Assembly: GCA_963770895.1 (NCBI GenBank)
Contig: CAVYRF010000002.1
Location: forward strand, 4,320,001-4,384,000
Direction: 5' to 3'
DNA length: 64,000 bases
DNA from: an uncultured Acidobacteriota bacterium
Lineage (GTDB): Bacteria > Acidobacteriota > Thermoanaerobaculia > Multivoradales > UBA5704
Positions 10,301 to 22,300 of this stretch are shown here, piece after piece. The position numbers and the translations under genes were made by a program. The notes below the pieces were generated by a model, which saw nothing but the letters and a program-made list of their open reading frames with translations, had not been told where the DNA came from and searched no databases. Positions within the stretch are counted from its first letter, which is position 1; every line of letters starts with the position of its first letter.

Positions 10301-13300
10301 AGCTGCGCGGCTTCCGCATCGAGCTGGGCGAGATCGAGCTGGCGCTGACGGCGATCGCGGGGGTCGGCGAAGCGGCGGTGGTGCTGCGCGGCGACCTGGC
10401 GGGCGGCCGGGGCCTGGTCGCCTACGTGGTGCCGGCGGCTCCGGTCGGCGCGAGCAGCGCGGACGGTGTGGGCGCCGCGGGCTGGCCGGCCGAGCTGCGG
10501 CAGGCGCTGGCCGGCCAGCTGCCGGCGTACATGGTGCCGGCTCACGTGGTGCCCCTGGCGGCGCTGCCGCTGACCCCCAACGGCAAGGTGGACCGGCGTT
10601 TCCTCGCCGAGCGCGGGCCGCTGCCCGACGCCGCGGCCGGCGGCGCGCGGACCGCACCGCGCACGGTGACCGAGGAGCTGCTGGCCGGGATCTTCGCCGA
10701 CGTCCTGCAGCTGGGCGACCTGGGGGCGGAGGCCGACTTCTTCGCCCTGGGCGGGCATTCGCTGCTGGCCACGCAGCTGGTGTCGCGGGTGCGGGAGACG
10801 TTCGGGGTCGAGCTGCCGCTGCGGGCGGTGTTCGAGCGTTCGACGGTCGCCGACCTGGCGCGGGAGGTCGACACGGCGTCGAGCCCGCGCGGCAGCGCGC
10901 CGCCGCTGGTGCGCGCCGGCCGCCAGGGGGAGATTCCGCTGTCGTTCGCGCAGCAGCGGCTGTGGTTCATCGACCAGCTGGAGGGCGGGTCGCTCTACAA
11001 CGTGCCGATCGCGCTGCGCATGAGCGGCGACCTGTCGGTCGCGGTGCTGGCGCGGGTGTTGGGCGAGGTGGCGCGGCGCCACGAGGTGCTGCGGACGGTG
11101 TTCCAGTCGGTGGCAGGCCGGGCGCGCCAGGTGGTGCTGCCGGCGGCCGGGCTGGCGGTGCCGGTGGTCGACCTGACGGGCCTTGCCGCGGCGCAGCGCG
11201 AGCCGGCGGCGATGGGCCAGGCGACGGACGAAGCGCGGCGGGCGTTCGACCTGGCGCGCGGCCCGCTGGTGCGGGCGCGGCTCTGGCGGCTCGACCCGGC
11301 GGAGCACCTGCTGCTTTTGGCCATGCACCACATCGTCAGCGACGGCTGGTCGCTGGGCGTGCTGGTGCGCGAGGTCAAGGCCCTGTATGCGGCATTCGCG
11401 CTCGGCCTGCCGTCGCCGCTGCCCGAGCTGCCGGTGCAGTACGCCGACTTCGCGGTCTGGGAGCAGGAGCGGTTCGCCGGCGAGGCGCTGGCGGCGGACC
11501 TGACCTGGTGGCGCGAGCACCTGGCCGGCGCGCCGCCGCTGCTTGAGCTGCCCACCGACCGGCCGCGGCCGGCGATGCTGCAGCGCCAGGGCGGCAGCCT
11601 GCAACTGACCTATGACGTCGAGCTGGCCGCCGCGCTGACCCGGCTGGCGCACCAGCATGGGGCGACGCTCTTCATGGTGTTGCTGGCGGCGGTCCAGAGC
11701 CTGCTGGGCCGGCTCGCCGGCGCGCCCGAGGTCACGGTGGGCACGCCGATCGCGGGCCGCACGCGGCGCGAGACCGAGGACCTGATCGGCCTCTTCGTCA
11801 ACACGCTGGTGATGCGCGGCGACCTGGCGGACGATCCGTCGTTCGCCCGCCACCTGGCGCGCGTGCGGACCGAGGCGCTCGCCGCCTATGCCCACCAGGA
11901 GCTGCCGTTCGAGAAGCTGGTCGTCGAGCTGGCGCCGGAGCGCAGCTTGAACGCCACGCCGCTCTTCCAGGTGCTGCTGGCGCTGCGCAACGTGCCGATG
12001 GGAACGGTGGAGCTGCCGGGCGTGGCGCTGACGCCGGTCGACCTCGAGCCCAGCGTCACCCGCTTCGACCTGGAGCTGTCGTTCACCGATGCCGCCGCGC
12101 AGGGGTTGGCGGGACTGCCGGGAAGCATCGAGTACGACACCAGCCTCTTCGACCGCACGACGATCGCCCGCCTGGCGGGGCAGCTCGCGGCGCTGCTGCG
12201 CTCCGCCGCGGCGGCCGCGGAGCTGCGGCTGTCGGACCTGGCGCTGCTCACCGCGGCGGAGAGCCAGCAGCTGCTGGTGGAGTGGCGGCGGCACCCGCAG
12301 CCGTTGGCGTCGGCGCCGGTCGACGTCGCGACACGCCTGGCGGCCGCGGCGTCGCGCGCGCCGGACGCGGTGGCGCTGATTGCGGGAAGCCACTGGCTGA
12401 GCCACGGCGAGCTCGACCGGCGGGTGCGGCTGCTGGCGCAGCGGCTGCGCGGTCTGGGGGTGAAGCGGGAGACCCGCGTCGGCCTGCTGGTCGAACGGTC
12501 GCTCGACCTGGTGGTGGGCCTGGCGGCGATCTGGCGCGCCGGCGGCGCCGCGGTGCCGCTCGATCCCGGCCAGCCGCGCGCCCGCCTGGCGCTGATGGTC
12601 GAGGACGCCCTGGGACCGGCCGGTGCCCTGGTGGCGCAGCGCGGGCTGCTGGAGCTGGTGGCGGCGCTGCCGCTCGACCGCGTGCCGATCGCCTGGGTGG
12701 ACGCGGCGGCGGACCGGGCGACGGTCGGCGCACCGGCCGCACCGGCCGAGGCGGCAGAGCCGGTCGGCGCCGGCGACCTGGCGTACGTCATCTACACCTC
12801 GGGCACGACGGGGCGCCCCAAGGGGGTGATGGTCGAGCACGGCAGCCTGGCCCACACGCTGGCGGCGGTCGACGAGATGTTCGGCTTCGGCGCCGACGAC
12901 CGCATGCCGGTCCTGGCTTCGGCGTCGTTCGACATCTTCCTCTTCGAGCTGCTGGCGCCGCTCCTGGCCGGCGGCACGGCGGTGCTGTTCGACCTGCAGC
13001 CGACCCTCGACCTGGCGTTGGTGGCCGAGGAGCTGCGCACCTCGACGCTGCTGCACGCGGTGCCGGCGGTCATGCGGCAGCTGACGGCGGGCTTGCTGGC
13101 GCAGGGGGTGGAATGCCCGCGGCTGCGGCGGGTGTTCGTCGGCGGCGACGCGGTGGGCGCCGATCTGCTGGAGCTGATGCGGCGCGCCTTCCCGCAGTCG
13201 CGGCTGACGGTGCTCTACGGCCCGACCGAGGCCGCCATCCTGGCGTCGTGGGACGCCGGGGAGGCGCGGCCGGGGAGCGGGCTCGGCCGCCCGCTGCCGG

Positions 13301-16300
13301 GGGTGGCGGTGGCGGTGCTCGACGCCCTGGGCGCGCCGGTGCCGATCGGGGTGGCCGGCGAGCTGTGGCTGGGCGGACCTGGCGTGGCGCGGGGCTACCT
13401 GGGCCGGCCGGAGCTGACCGCGGAGCGCTTCGTGCCGGACCGGGAGGGCGGCGGGCGGCGCCTGTACCGCACCGGCGACCGGGTGCGCTTTACCGCCGCC
13501 GGCCGCCTGGAGTTTTTGGGCCGGGTGGACCAGCAGGTGAAGGTCCGCGGCTTCCGCATCGAGCTGGGCGAGGTCGAGGCGGCGCTGCTCGCCCATCCGG
13601 CGGTGCGCGAGGCGGCGGTCGTGGCGCGCCGCCAGGGCGGCGACGAACGGCTGGTGGCGTTCGTCGTCGGGGAGAGCCCGCCGCCGGCCGCGGAGCTGCG
13701 CCGGTTCCTGGACGCGCGCCTGCTGGCGGCGATGGTGCCGAGCCACTTCGTCCAGCTGGCGGCGCTGCCGCTGTCGCCGCACGGCAAGGTGGACCGGCGC
13801 GCGCTGGGGGCGCTGGCGACCCAGGCCGCTGCTGGAGCGGCGGGGGCGGCGGGGGATCCAGGGTCGTTCGGCGCGCCGCGGACGCCGCTCGAAGAGCTGG
13901 TGGCCGGCCTGTTCGCCGAGGTGCTGCACCTCGAGCGCGTCGGGCCGGAGGGCGACTTCTTCGAGCTGGGAGGTCATTCCCTGCTGGCGACACAGCTCGC
14001 CTCGCGCCTGCGGCAGGTGGCGGGCGCCGAGCTGCCGCTGCGCGCCATCTTCGAGCAGCCGACGGTGGCCGGCCTGGCGCGCCTGGTGGAGGAGGCGTCG
14101 CGGTCCGCCGCCGGCCCCGCCCGGCCGCCGATCCAGGCCGCGGCGCGGGAAGAGCCGCTGCCGCTGTCGTTCGCGCAGCAGCGGCTGTGGTTCATCGACC
14201 AGATGGAGGGCAGCTCCACCTACAACATGCCGATCGCGCTGCGGATGAGCGGCGCGCTGTCGGTCGCGGTGCTGCGGCGGGTGCTGGCCGAGGTGGTGCA
14301 GCGGCACGAGGTGCTGCGCACGGTGTTCTCCTCGGTCGAGGGGCATCCGCGCCAGGTGATCCTGCCGCCGGCCGGCGCGACGGCGGCAAGGGTCGGCCTG
14401 GTGGACCTGACTGCCCTGCCTGCCGTGCTGCGGCAGCCGGCGGCGACCGCCAGCATCGCGGCGGAAGCACGCCGGCCGTTCGACCTGGCGCGCGGCCCGC
14501 TGCTGCGCGGAGCGCTGTGGCGGCTCGACGCGACGGAGCACCTGCTGCTGCTGTCGCTGCATCACATCGTCGGCGACGGCTGGTCGCTCGGCGTGCTGGT
14601 GCGCGAGGTGACGGCGCTCTACACGGCGTTTGCCGCCGGGCACCCCTCGCCGCTCGCCCCCCTGCCGGTGCAGTACGCGGACTTCGCGGCCTGGCAGCGC
14701 GAGTGGCTGGCCGGCGACGTGCTGGCGGCGGAGCTGGAGCACTGGCGCGCCCGCCTGGCCGGGGCGCCGCCTCTGTTCGAGCTGCCCACCGACCGGCCGC
14801 GCCCGGCGGTGCAGAGCTTCCGCGGCGCCGTGCGCCCGGTGTCGCTGCCGCCGGCGCTGGGCGCGGCCTTGACCGCCCTCTCCCGGCGGCAGGGCGCCAC
14901 CCTTTTCATGACGCTGGCGTCGGCCTGGAGCGTGCTGCTGTCGCGCTACGCGGGGCAGAGCGACTTCACTCTGGGCACGGTGGTGGCCGGCCGCCACCGC
15001 CTGGAGATCGAGGGGCTGATCGGGTTCTTCGTCAACACCCTGGTGCTGCGCCCCGACCTGGCGGCCGAGCCGCGCTTTACCGACCTGCTGTCGCGGCTGC
15101 GCCACGAGACGCTGGACGCCTACGCGCACCAGGACCTGCCGTTCGAAAAGCTGGTGGAGGAGCTGGCGCCGGCGCGCAGCCTGGCCCATTCGCCGCTGTT
15201 CCAGGTGATGTTCGCCTGGCAGAACGCGGCGGTGGGGGAGCTGGCGCTGCCGGGGCTGCGGCTGGTGCCGCTGGAGCTGGCGGACGAGACCGCCAAGTTC
15301 GACCTCAACCTGGCGCTGCACGAAGCCGCGGGCGGCATCGCCGGCGACCTCTCCTACGTGCGCGACCTTTTCGACGCCCCGACGATCGCGCGGCTGGCGG
15401 CGGCCTTCCAGGTCCTGCTGGCGGCGGTGGCGGCGGATCCCGACCTGCCGATCGCGCGGCTGCCGCTGCTGGGGCCGAGCGAACGGCACCAGCTGGCGGT
15501 CGAGTGGAACGCCACCGGCACCAGCTGGCCGGCGGGCAGCACGCTGCCGCAGGTCTTCGCCTTGCAGGCGGCGGCGCATCCCCGGCGGCTCGCCTGGGAC
15601 TACGCCGGCGAACAGCTGCGCTACGAGGAGCTGGCCAGCCGCTCGGACGCGATGGCTGGCTTCCTGCGCCGGCACGGGGTGGCGGCGGGCGACCTGGTGG
15701 GGCTGTGCGTGGAGCGCTCGGGCGTCCTGCTGGTGGCGATGCTGGGGATCCTCAAGGCCGGCGCCGCCTACCTGCCGCTCGATGCCGACAACCCGCGCGA
15801 GCGGCTGGCGTGGATGCTCGAAGACAGCGGCACGCCGCTGCTGCTCACCCAGGAGAGCCTGGCGTCCCGGCTGCCGCCGTCCGCGGCGCGGGTGGTGCGG
15901 CTCGACTCGCAATGGGAAGAGGTCGTCGCCGCGGCGAGCCCGGCGGGCACGCTGCCCGCCGGCAGCCCGGCGGACGCGGCCATGGTGATCTATACCTCGG
16001 GCTCGACGGGGCGGCCCAAGGGTGTGGTGGTGCCGCACCGCGGTGTGGTCCGCCTGGTGGTGGCCAACGACTACGTCGATTTCGCCGGCCTGGATGCCGC
16101 GGCGGAACCGGGGCGGCGGGACGAGCCGGACGATGCCGGCAGGGTCAACCGGGTCTCGCAGACGTCCAACCTGTCGTTCGACGCGGCGACGTTCGAGATC
16201 TGGGGCGCCCTGCTCTCCGGCTCGACCCTGGTCGGGGTGCCCCATGAGGTCCTGCTGTCGCCGGCCGACCTGGCGGCGTACCTGACGACGGCGCGCATCC

Positions 16301-19300
16301 GCGTCCTGTTCCTGACCACGGCGCTGTTCCACCAGGCGGCGCACCAGGCGCCGGGGATGTTCGGCGCGATCGACACCCTGATGGCCGGCGGCGAGGCGAT
16401 GGATCCGGCGGCGGCGCAGAAGGTCCTGGCCAGCGCCACCCCGCCGCGGCGCCTGCTGAACCTCTACGGGCCGACCGAGAACTCCGTCTGCAGCACCTGG
16501 TTCCGGGTCGAGCTGCTGGCCGGGGAGGCGGCGGCGCACGCGGTGACGGTGCCGATCGGCCGGCCGATCGGCAACAGCCGGGCGTACCTGCTGGACGCGG
16601 GGTTGCAGCCGGTGGTGGTGGGCGGCGTGGGCGAGCTGTACGTCGCAGGCCTTGGCTTGGCGCTGGGCTATTGGCGCCAGCCGGAACGGACGGCGGAGCG
16701 CTTCCTGGAAAGCCCGGCGCTGCCGGGCGAGCGCCTGTACCGGACCGGCGACCGGGCGCGCCAGCTGGCGGACGGCAACTTCGAGTACCGCGGCCGCGGC
16801 GACCAGCAGGTCAAGCTGCGCGGCTTCCGCATCGAGCTGGGCGAGATCGAGCTGGCGCTGACGGCGATCGCGGACGTCGCCGAAGCCGCGGTGGTGGTGC
16901 GCGACGACCTTCCCGGCGGCCGCAGCCTGGTGGCCTACGTCGTACCCGCCGCGGATGCCGAACCGTCCGCGGCCGGGCTGCGGCAGGCGCTCAGGGACCG
17001 GCTGCCCGACTACATGGTGCCGGCCCGCTTCGTGCCCCTGGCGGCGCTGCCGCTGACGTCGCAAGGCAAGGTGGACCGCCGGTGGCTGGCGCAACGCGGG
17101 CCGCTGTCGCCGGGAGGCGGCGCGGCCGCCGCGCCGGCCGGCGCCTGGAGCAGTCCGGTCGAGGAGCTGCTGGGGGCGATCTTCGCCGCCGTCCTGGGCG
17201 TCGGCAGCGTCGCCGCGGACGACGACTTCTTCGCCCTGGGCGGGCACTCCCTGCTGGCCACGCAGGTGGTGTCGCGGCTGCGCGCGACCTTTGACGTCGA
17301 GCTGCCGGTGCGGCTGCTCTTCGAACGGTCGACCGTCCGGGAGCTGGCGCGGGCGGTCGAAGAGGAGCTGCGGCGCGGCGGCGCCACGGCCGCCCAGCCG
17401 CCGATCGCGCCGCGGCCGCGCGACGGGGCGGGCCTGCGACCTGCCGGAAGTGCCGCGACAGGCGAAAGCCGCGGCCCGCTGTCGTTCGCCCAGCAGCGGC
17501 TGTGGTTCGTCGATCAGCTGGCCAGCGGCTCGCTCTACAACGTGTCGATCGCGCTGCGGGCGGAAGGCGACCTGTCGATCGCGGTGCTGTCGCGGGTGTT
17601 CGCGGAAGTGGTGCGCCGGCACGAGGCGCTGCGGACGCTGTTCCGCGGCGCCGGCGGCCAGGTGCGGCAGGTGATCCTGCCGCCGGGCGGCTTCGACCTG
17701 CCGCTGGTGGACCTGTCGGCGGTGGCGCCGGCGTTGCGGGAAGCGACGGCGCTCGCGGCGCTTTCCGCCGAGGCGGAGCGGCCGTTCGACCTGGCCGGCG
17801 GCCCGCGAGATGAGGCGAGTGCCGGCCGGCCACGGCGGCCGGCCGGCCTGCTGCGGGTGCGGGTGTGGCGGCTCGGCGCCACCGAGCACCTGCTGCTGGT
17901 GGCGCTGCATCACATCGTCAGCGACGGCTGGTCGATGGGCGTGCTGGTGCAGGAGGTGGCGGCCCTCTACCGGGCATTCTCCCAGGGGGAGGCGTCGCCG
18001 CTCGCACCGCTGCCGGTGCAGTACGCGGATTTCGCGGCCTGGCAGCGGCAGTGGCTCTCCGGCGAGGTCCTGGCACAGGAGCTGGCGTACTGGCGCGGAT
18101 ACCTGGCCGGCGCGCCGCCGGTGCTGGAGCTGCCGACGGACCGGCCGCGCCCGCTGGTGCAGAGCCTGCGCGGCGGGCTGCTGCCGGTGGCGTTCGACCG
18201 CGCGCTGGCGGCGGCGGCGGCGCAGCTGGCCCTGCGCCACCGGGCGACGCTCTTCATGGTGCTCACCGCCGCGTTCCAGAGCCAGCTGGTGCGCCTGAGC
18301 GGCGTGCCCGACCTGTGCCTGGGCACGCCGATCGCAGGCCGCACGCGCCGCGAGACGGAAGGTCTGATCGGCTTCTTCGTCAACACCCTGGTGCTGCGCG
18401 GCGACCTGGGCGGTGATCCGTCGTTCGGCGACCACCTGGCGGCGGTGCGGCGGGAGGCGCTCGCCGCCTACGCCCACCAGGACCTGCCGTTCGAAAAGCT
18501 GGTCCTGGAGCTGGCGCCGGAGCGCAGCCTGGCCCACACCCCGCTGTTCCAGGTCATGTTCGCGCTGCAGAACGCGCCCATGGGGTCGCTCGACCTGCCG
18601 GGCGTGCGGCTGGCGCCGGTGGCGCTGGCCAGGGACGTCGCGCAGTTCGACCTGACGCTGTCGCTGGCCGCGGCGGATCCCGCGGAGCCTGCCGGGCTCG
18701 CGGGATTCGTCGAATACGCCGAGGCGCTGTTCGACCGCGCGACGGTGGCGCGTTGGATCGGCCAGCTGGAGACCCTGCTGCGCGGCGCCGTGGCGAGCCC
18801 GGAGACGCGGCTCTCCGAGCTGCCGCTGTGGAGCGCCGCGGAGCGCCAGCAGCTGCAGCGGGAGTGGCGCGGGGTGGCGCGGCCGGCGCCGGCGGCGAGC
18901 GTGCCGGCGAGCCTGGCGCTGCAAGCCGCGCTGACGCCGTCGGCGCCGGCGCTGGAGTGGGGGGACGTGCGCTGGACCCACGCCGAGCTGCAGCGGCGCG
19001 CCGGGCGGCTGGCGCGGCGCCTGCGCGCGGCCGGGGTGGGGGCGGAGACGCGGGTGGGGCTGCTGGTCGAGCGGTCGGCCGACCTGGTCGTGGGCCTCTT
19101 GGGGATCTGGCTGGCGGGCGGGGCCGCGGTACCGCTCGATCCCTGGCAGCCGGTGGCGCGCCTGCAGCTGCTGATGGCGGAGGCCTTGCCGGAAGGTGCC
19201 TCCGCCGTGGTGTCGCAGCACGTCCTGCGCGGGTTGCAGGAGTCGTTGGAGCTGGGATCGACGCCGGTCGTCCAGGTGGCGGAGACGGAGGACGGCGAGG

Positions 19301-22300
19301 AGGCGGCGGGTCCGGACCTGGCGCCGGCCGCGTTCGACGCCTGCCTGCCCGGCGCCGGCGACCTGGCCTACGTGCTCTATACCTCGGGCAGCACGGGGCG
19401 GCCCAAAGGGGTCATGGTGGAGCACGGCAGCCTGGCTCACACCCTGGCGGCGGTGCAGGAGGCGTTCGGCGCCGCCGCCGGCGAGCGGATGCCGGTCTTG
19501 GCGCCGGCGACGTTCGACGCCTTCCTGCTGGAGCTGCTGCTGCCGATGGTCGGCGGCGGCACGGCGGTGCTGTTCGCGATCCGGCCGGTCGTCGACATGG
19601 CGCAGCTGCTGGCGGAGCTCGAGCGGTCGACGCGGCTGTTCGCGGTGCCGGCGCTGATGCAGCGGCTGGCGGCGGCCGTGGTCGAGCGCGGGGCCCGCTG
19701 TCCGCGCCTGCGCCAGGTGTTCGTCGGCGGCGACGCGGCGGGGCGCGACCTGCTGCTGGCGATGCGGCAGGCGTTCCCGGCGGCGCGGAGGGTCGTGCTC
19801 TACGGCCCCACCGAGGCGGCCATCGCGGCGACCGGCGAGGAGCCGGACGAAGGGGCGCACAACGGCATCGGCTGGCCGCTGCCGGGGGTGACCGTGGAAG
19901 TGCGGGACGCCGCCGGCGGGGCGGTGCCGGCCGGCGCGGCCGGGGAGCTGTGGCTGGGCGGCCCGGGGGTGGCGCGCGGCTACCTGGACCGCCCTGACCT
20001 GACGGCGGAGCATTTCGTGCCGTCCTGGTCGGGACGCGGCGAGCGGCTCTATCGCACCGGCGACCGGGTCCGCTTCCACGCCAGCGGCCGCCTGGAGTTC
20101 CTGGGCCGGATGGACAAGCAGGTCAAGGTGCGCGGCTTCCGCCTCGAGCCCGGCGAAGTGGAGGCGGCGCTGCTGGCCTGTCCGGGGGTGGCGGCGGCGG
20201 CGGTGCTGGTCGAGCGGCACGGCGCCGGCGACGAGCGGCTGGTGGCCTACGTGGCGGGGGCGGCAGGGACCGCCGTGCCGCAGGGTGCCGAGCTGCGCCG
20301 GTTCGCCGAGTCGCGGCTGCCCGCGTACATGGTGCCGAGCCGTTTCGTCGGCCTGGAGCGGCTGCCGCTGACGCAGCACGGCAAGGTGGACCGGCGCGCC
20401 CTGGCCGAGCTGCGGGCGCGCGGCGCGGAGGAGGCGCCGGCGCAGGCCCCCGCGGCCGGCCTGGAGAGCCTGGTCGCCGGGGTGTTCCAGGAGGTGCTGG
20501 GGGTCGAGCGGGTGGGGATCGCCGACAACTTCTTCGACCTGGGCGGGCACTCGCTGCTGCTCACCGAGGTGCAGAGCCGGCTTTCCAAGCAGCTGGGCGA
20601 AGACGTGCCGCTGCTCGAGATCTTCCGCAACCCCAACGTCGGCGCCCTGGCCCGCGCGCTGGCGGAGCGGCGGGACCCCGGCAGCGGCGCCGCCGCGGCG
20701 AGCCTGGAGGCCCTGCGCCTGGCCGCGCCGGCCGCCGCCGCCGCGGCGCGCGCCGCGGGGCCGGAAGGCCGGGCGGTGGCGATCGTCGGCAGGGCCGGGC
20801 GGTTCCCGGGCGCTCCCGACCTGGAGGCCTTCTGGCGCAACCTGCGCGACGGGGTCGAATCGATCTCCTTTTTCACCGCCGCCGAGCTGGACCTGGCCGG
20901 CGTCGACCGCGAGGTGCGGCGGCTGCCCGGCTACGTCGCCGCCGGCGGGGTGCTTGCGGGGACCGAGCTGTTCGACGCCGGCTTCTTCGACGTCGGACCG
21001 CGCGAGGCGCAGATCATGGATCCGCAGCAGCGGGTGCTGCTGGAGTGCTGCGCCCAGGCGCTGGAGAGCGCCGGCTACGGGGCGGGCAGCCCGGCGGCCG
21101 AGGCGGTGCGCATCGGCGTCTTCGTCGGCGGCGGCGCCAGCAGCTACGCGCTGTTGAACCTGGTCGGCCACCCGGAGTTGGACGGCCTGGAGATGGCGCT
21201 CGGCAACGAGAAGGACTTTTTGGCCACCCGCCTGTCCTACAAGCTCGACCTCAAGGGGCCGGCGCTGACCGTGCAGACGGCGTGCTCCACGTCGCTGGTG
21301 GCGGTGCACCTGGGGGTGCGCAGCCTGCTCGACGGCGAGTGCGAGCTGGCTTTGGCGGGAGGCGTCAACATCAGCCCCTCGCAGGTCGCAGGGTACGTCT
21401 ACCAGGAGGGGAGCGTGGCGTCGCCGGACGGCCACAACCGGGCGTTCGACGCGCGCGCCAAGGGGTCGGTTTCCGGCAACGGCGCCGGGGTGGTGGTGCT
21501 CAAGCCGCTGGCCCGCGCGCTGGCCGACGGCGACACCATCCACGCCGTCATCCTGGGCTCGGCGCTCAACAACGACGGCGCCGGCAAGGTGGGCTTCACC
21601 GCCCCGTCGGAGGAGGGCCAGGCCAAGGTCATCGTCGCCGCGCAGGCGGCCGCGGGGGTGTCGCCGGAGAGCATCGCCTACGTCGAGGCGCACGGCAGTG
21701 CCACGCCGGTCGGCGATCCGATCGAGGTCGCGGCGTTGACGCGGGCCTTCCGGCTGGGCACGGCGCGGCGGGGATTCTGCGCCGTCGGTTCGGTGAAGAC
21801 CAACATCGGCCACAACGGCTCGGCGGCCGGCATCGCCGGCCTGCTCAAAACCGTGCTGGCGCTGGAGCACCGGCAGATCCCGGCGAGCCTGCACTTCGAG
21901 CAGCCCAATCCGCGGATCGATTTTGCGTCGAGCGCCTTCTACGTCAACCGGCAGCTGGCGGAGTGGCCGGCGGGCGAGACGCCGCGGCGGGCGGGGGTGA
22001 GCTCCTTCGGCCTGGGCGGCACCAACATCCACGTCATCGTCGAGGAGGCGCCGGCGCGGCCGGAGACGGCGCCGTCGCGCCCCTGGCAGCCGGTGGTGCT
22101 GTCGGCGCGCACGCCGGCGGCCCTGGAGGCGGCGACCGAGCGGCTCGCGGCGCACCTTGCAGAGCATGCGGAGCTGGACCTGGCCGACGTCGCGGCGACC
22201 CTGGCGACCGGCCGCAAGGGGCACGCCTGGCGGCGGGCGGTCATCTGCCGCGACGCGCGCGACGCGCGGGAGGTGCTGGCGACGCGCGATCCGCAGCGGC

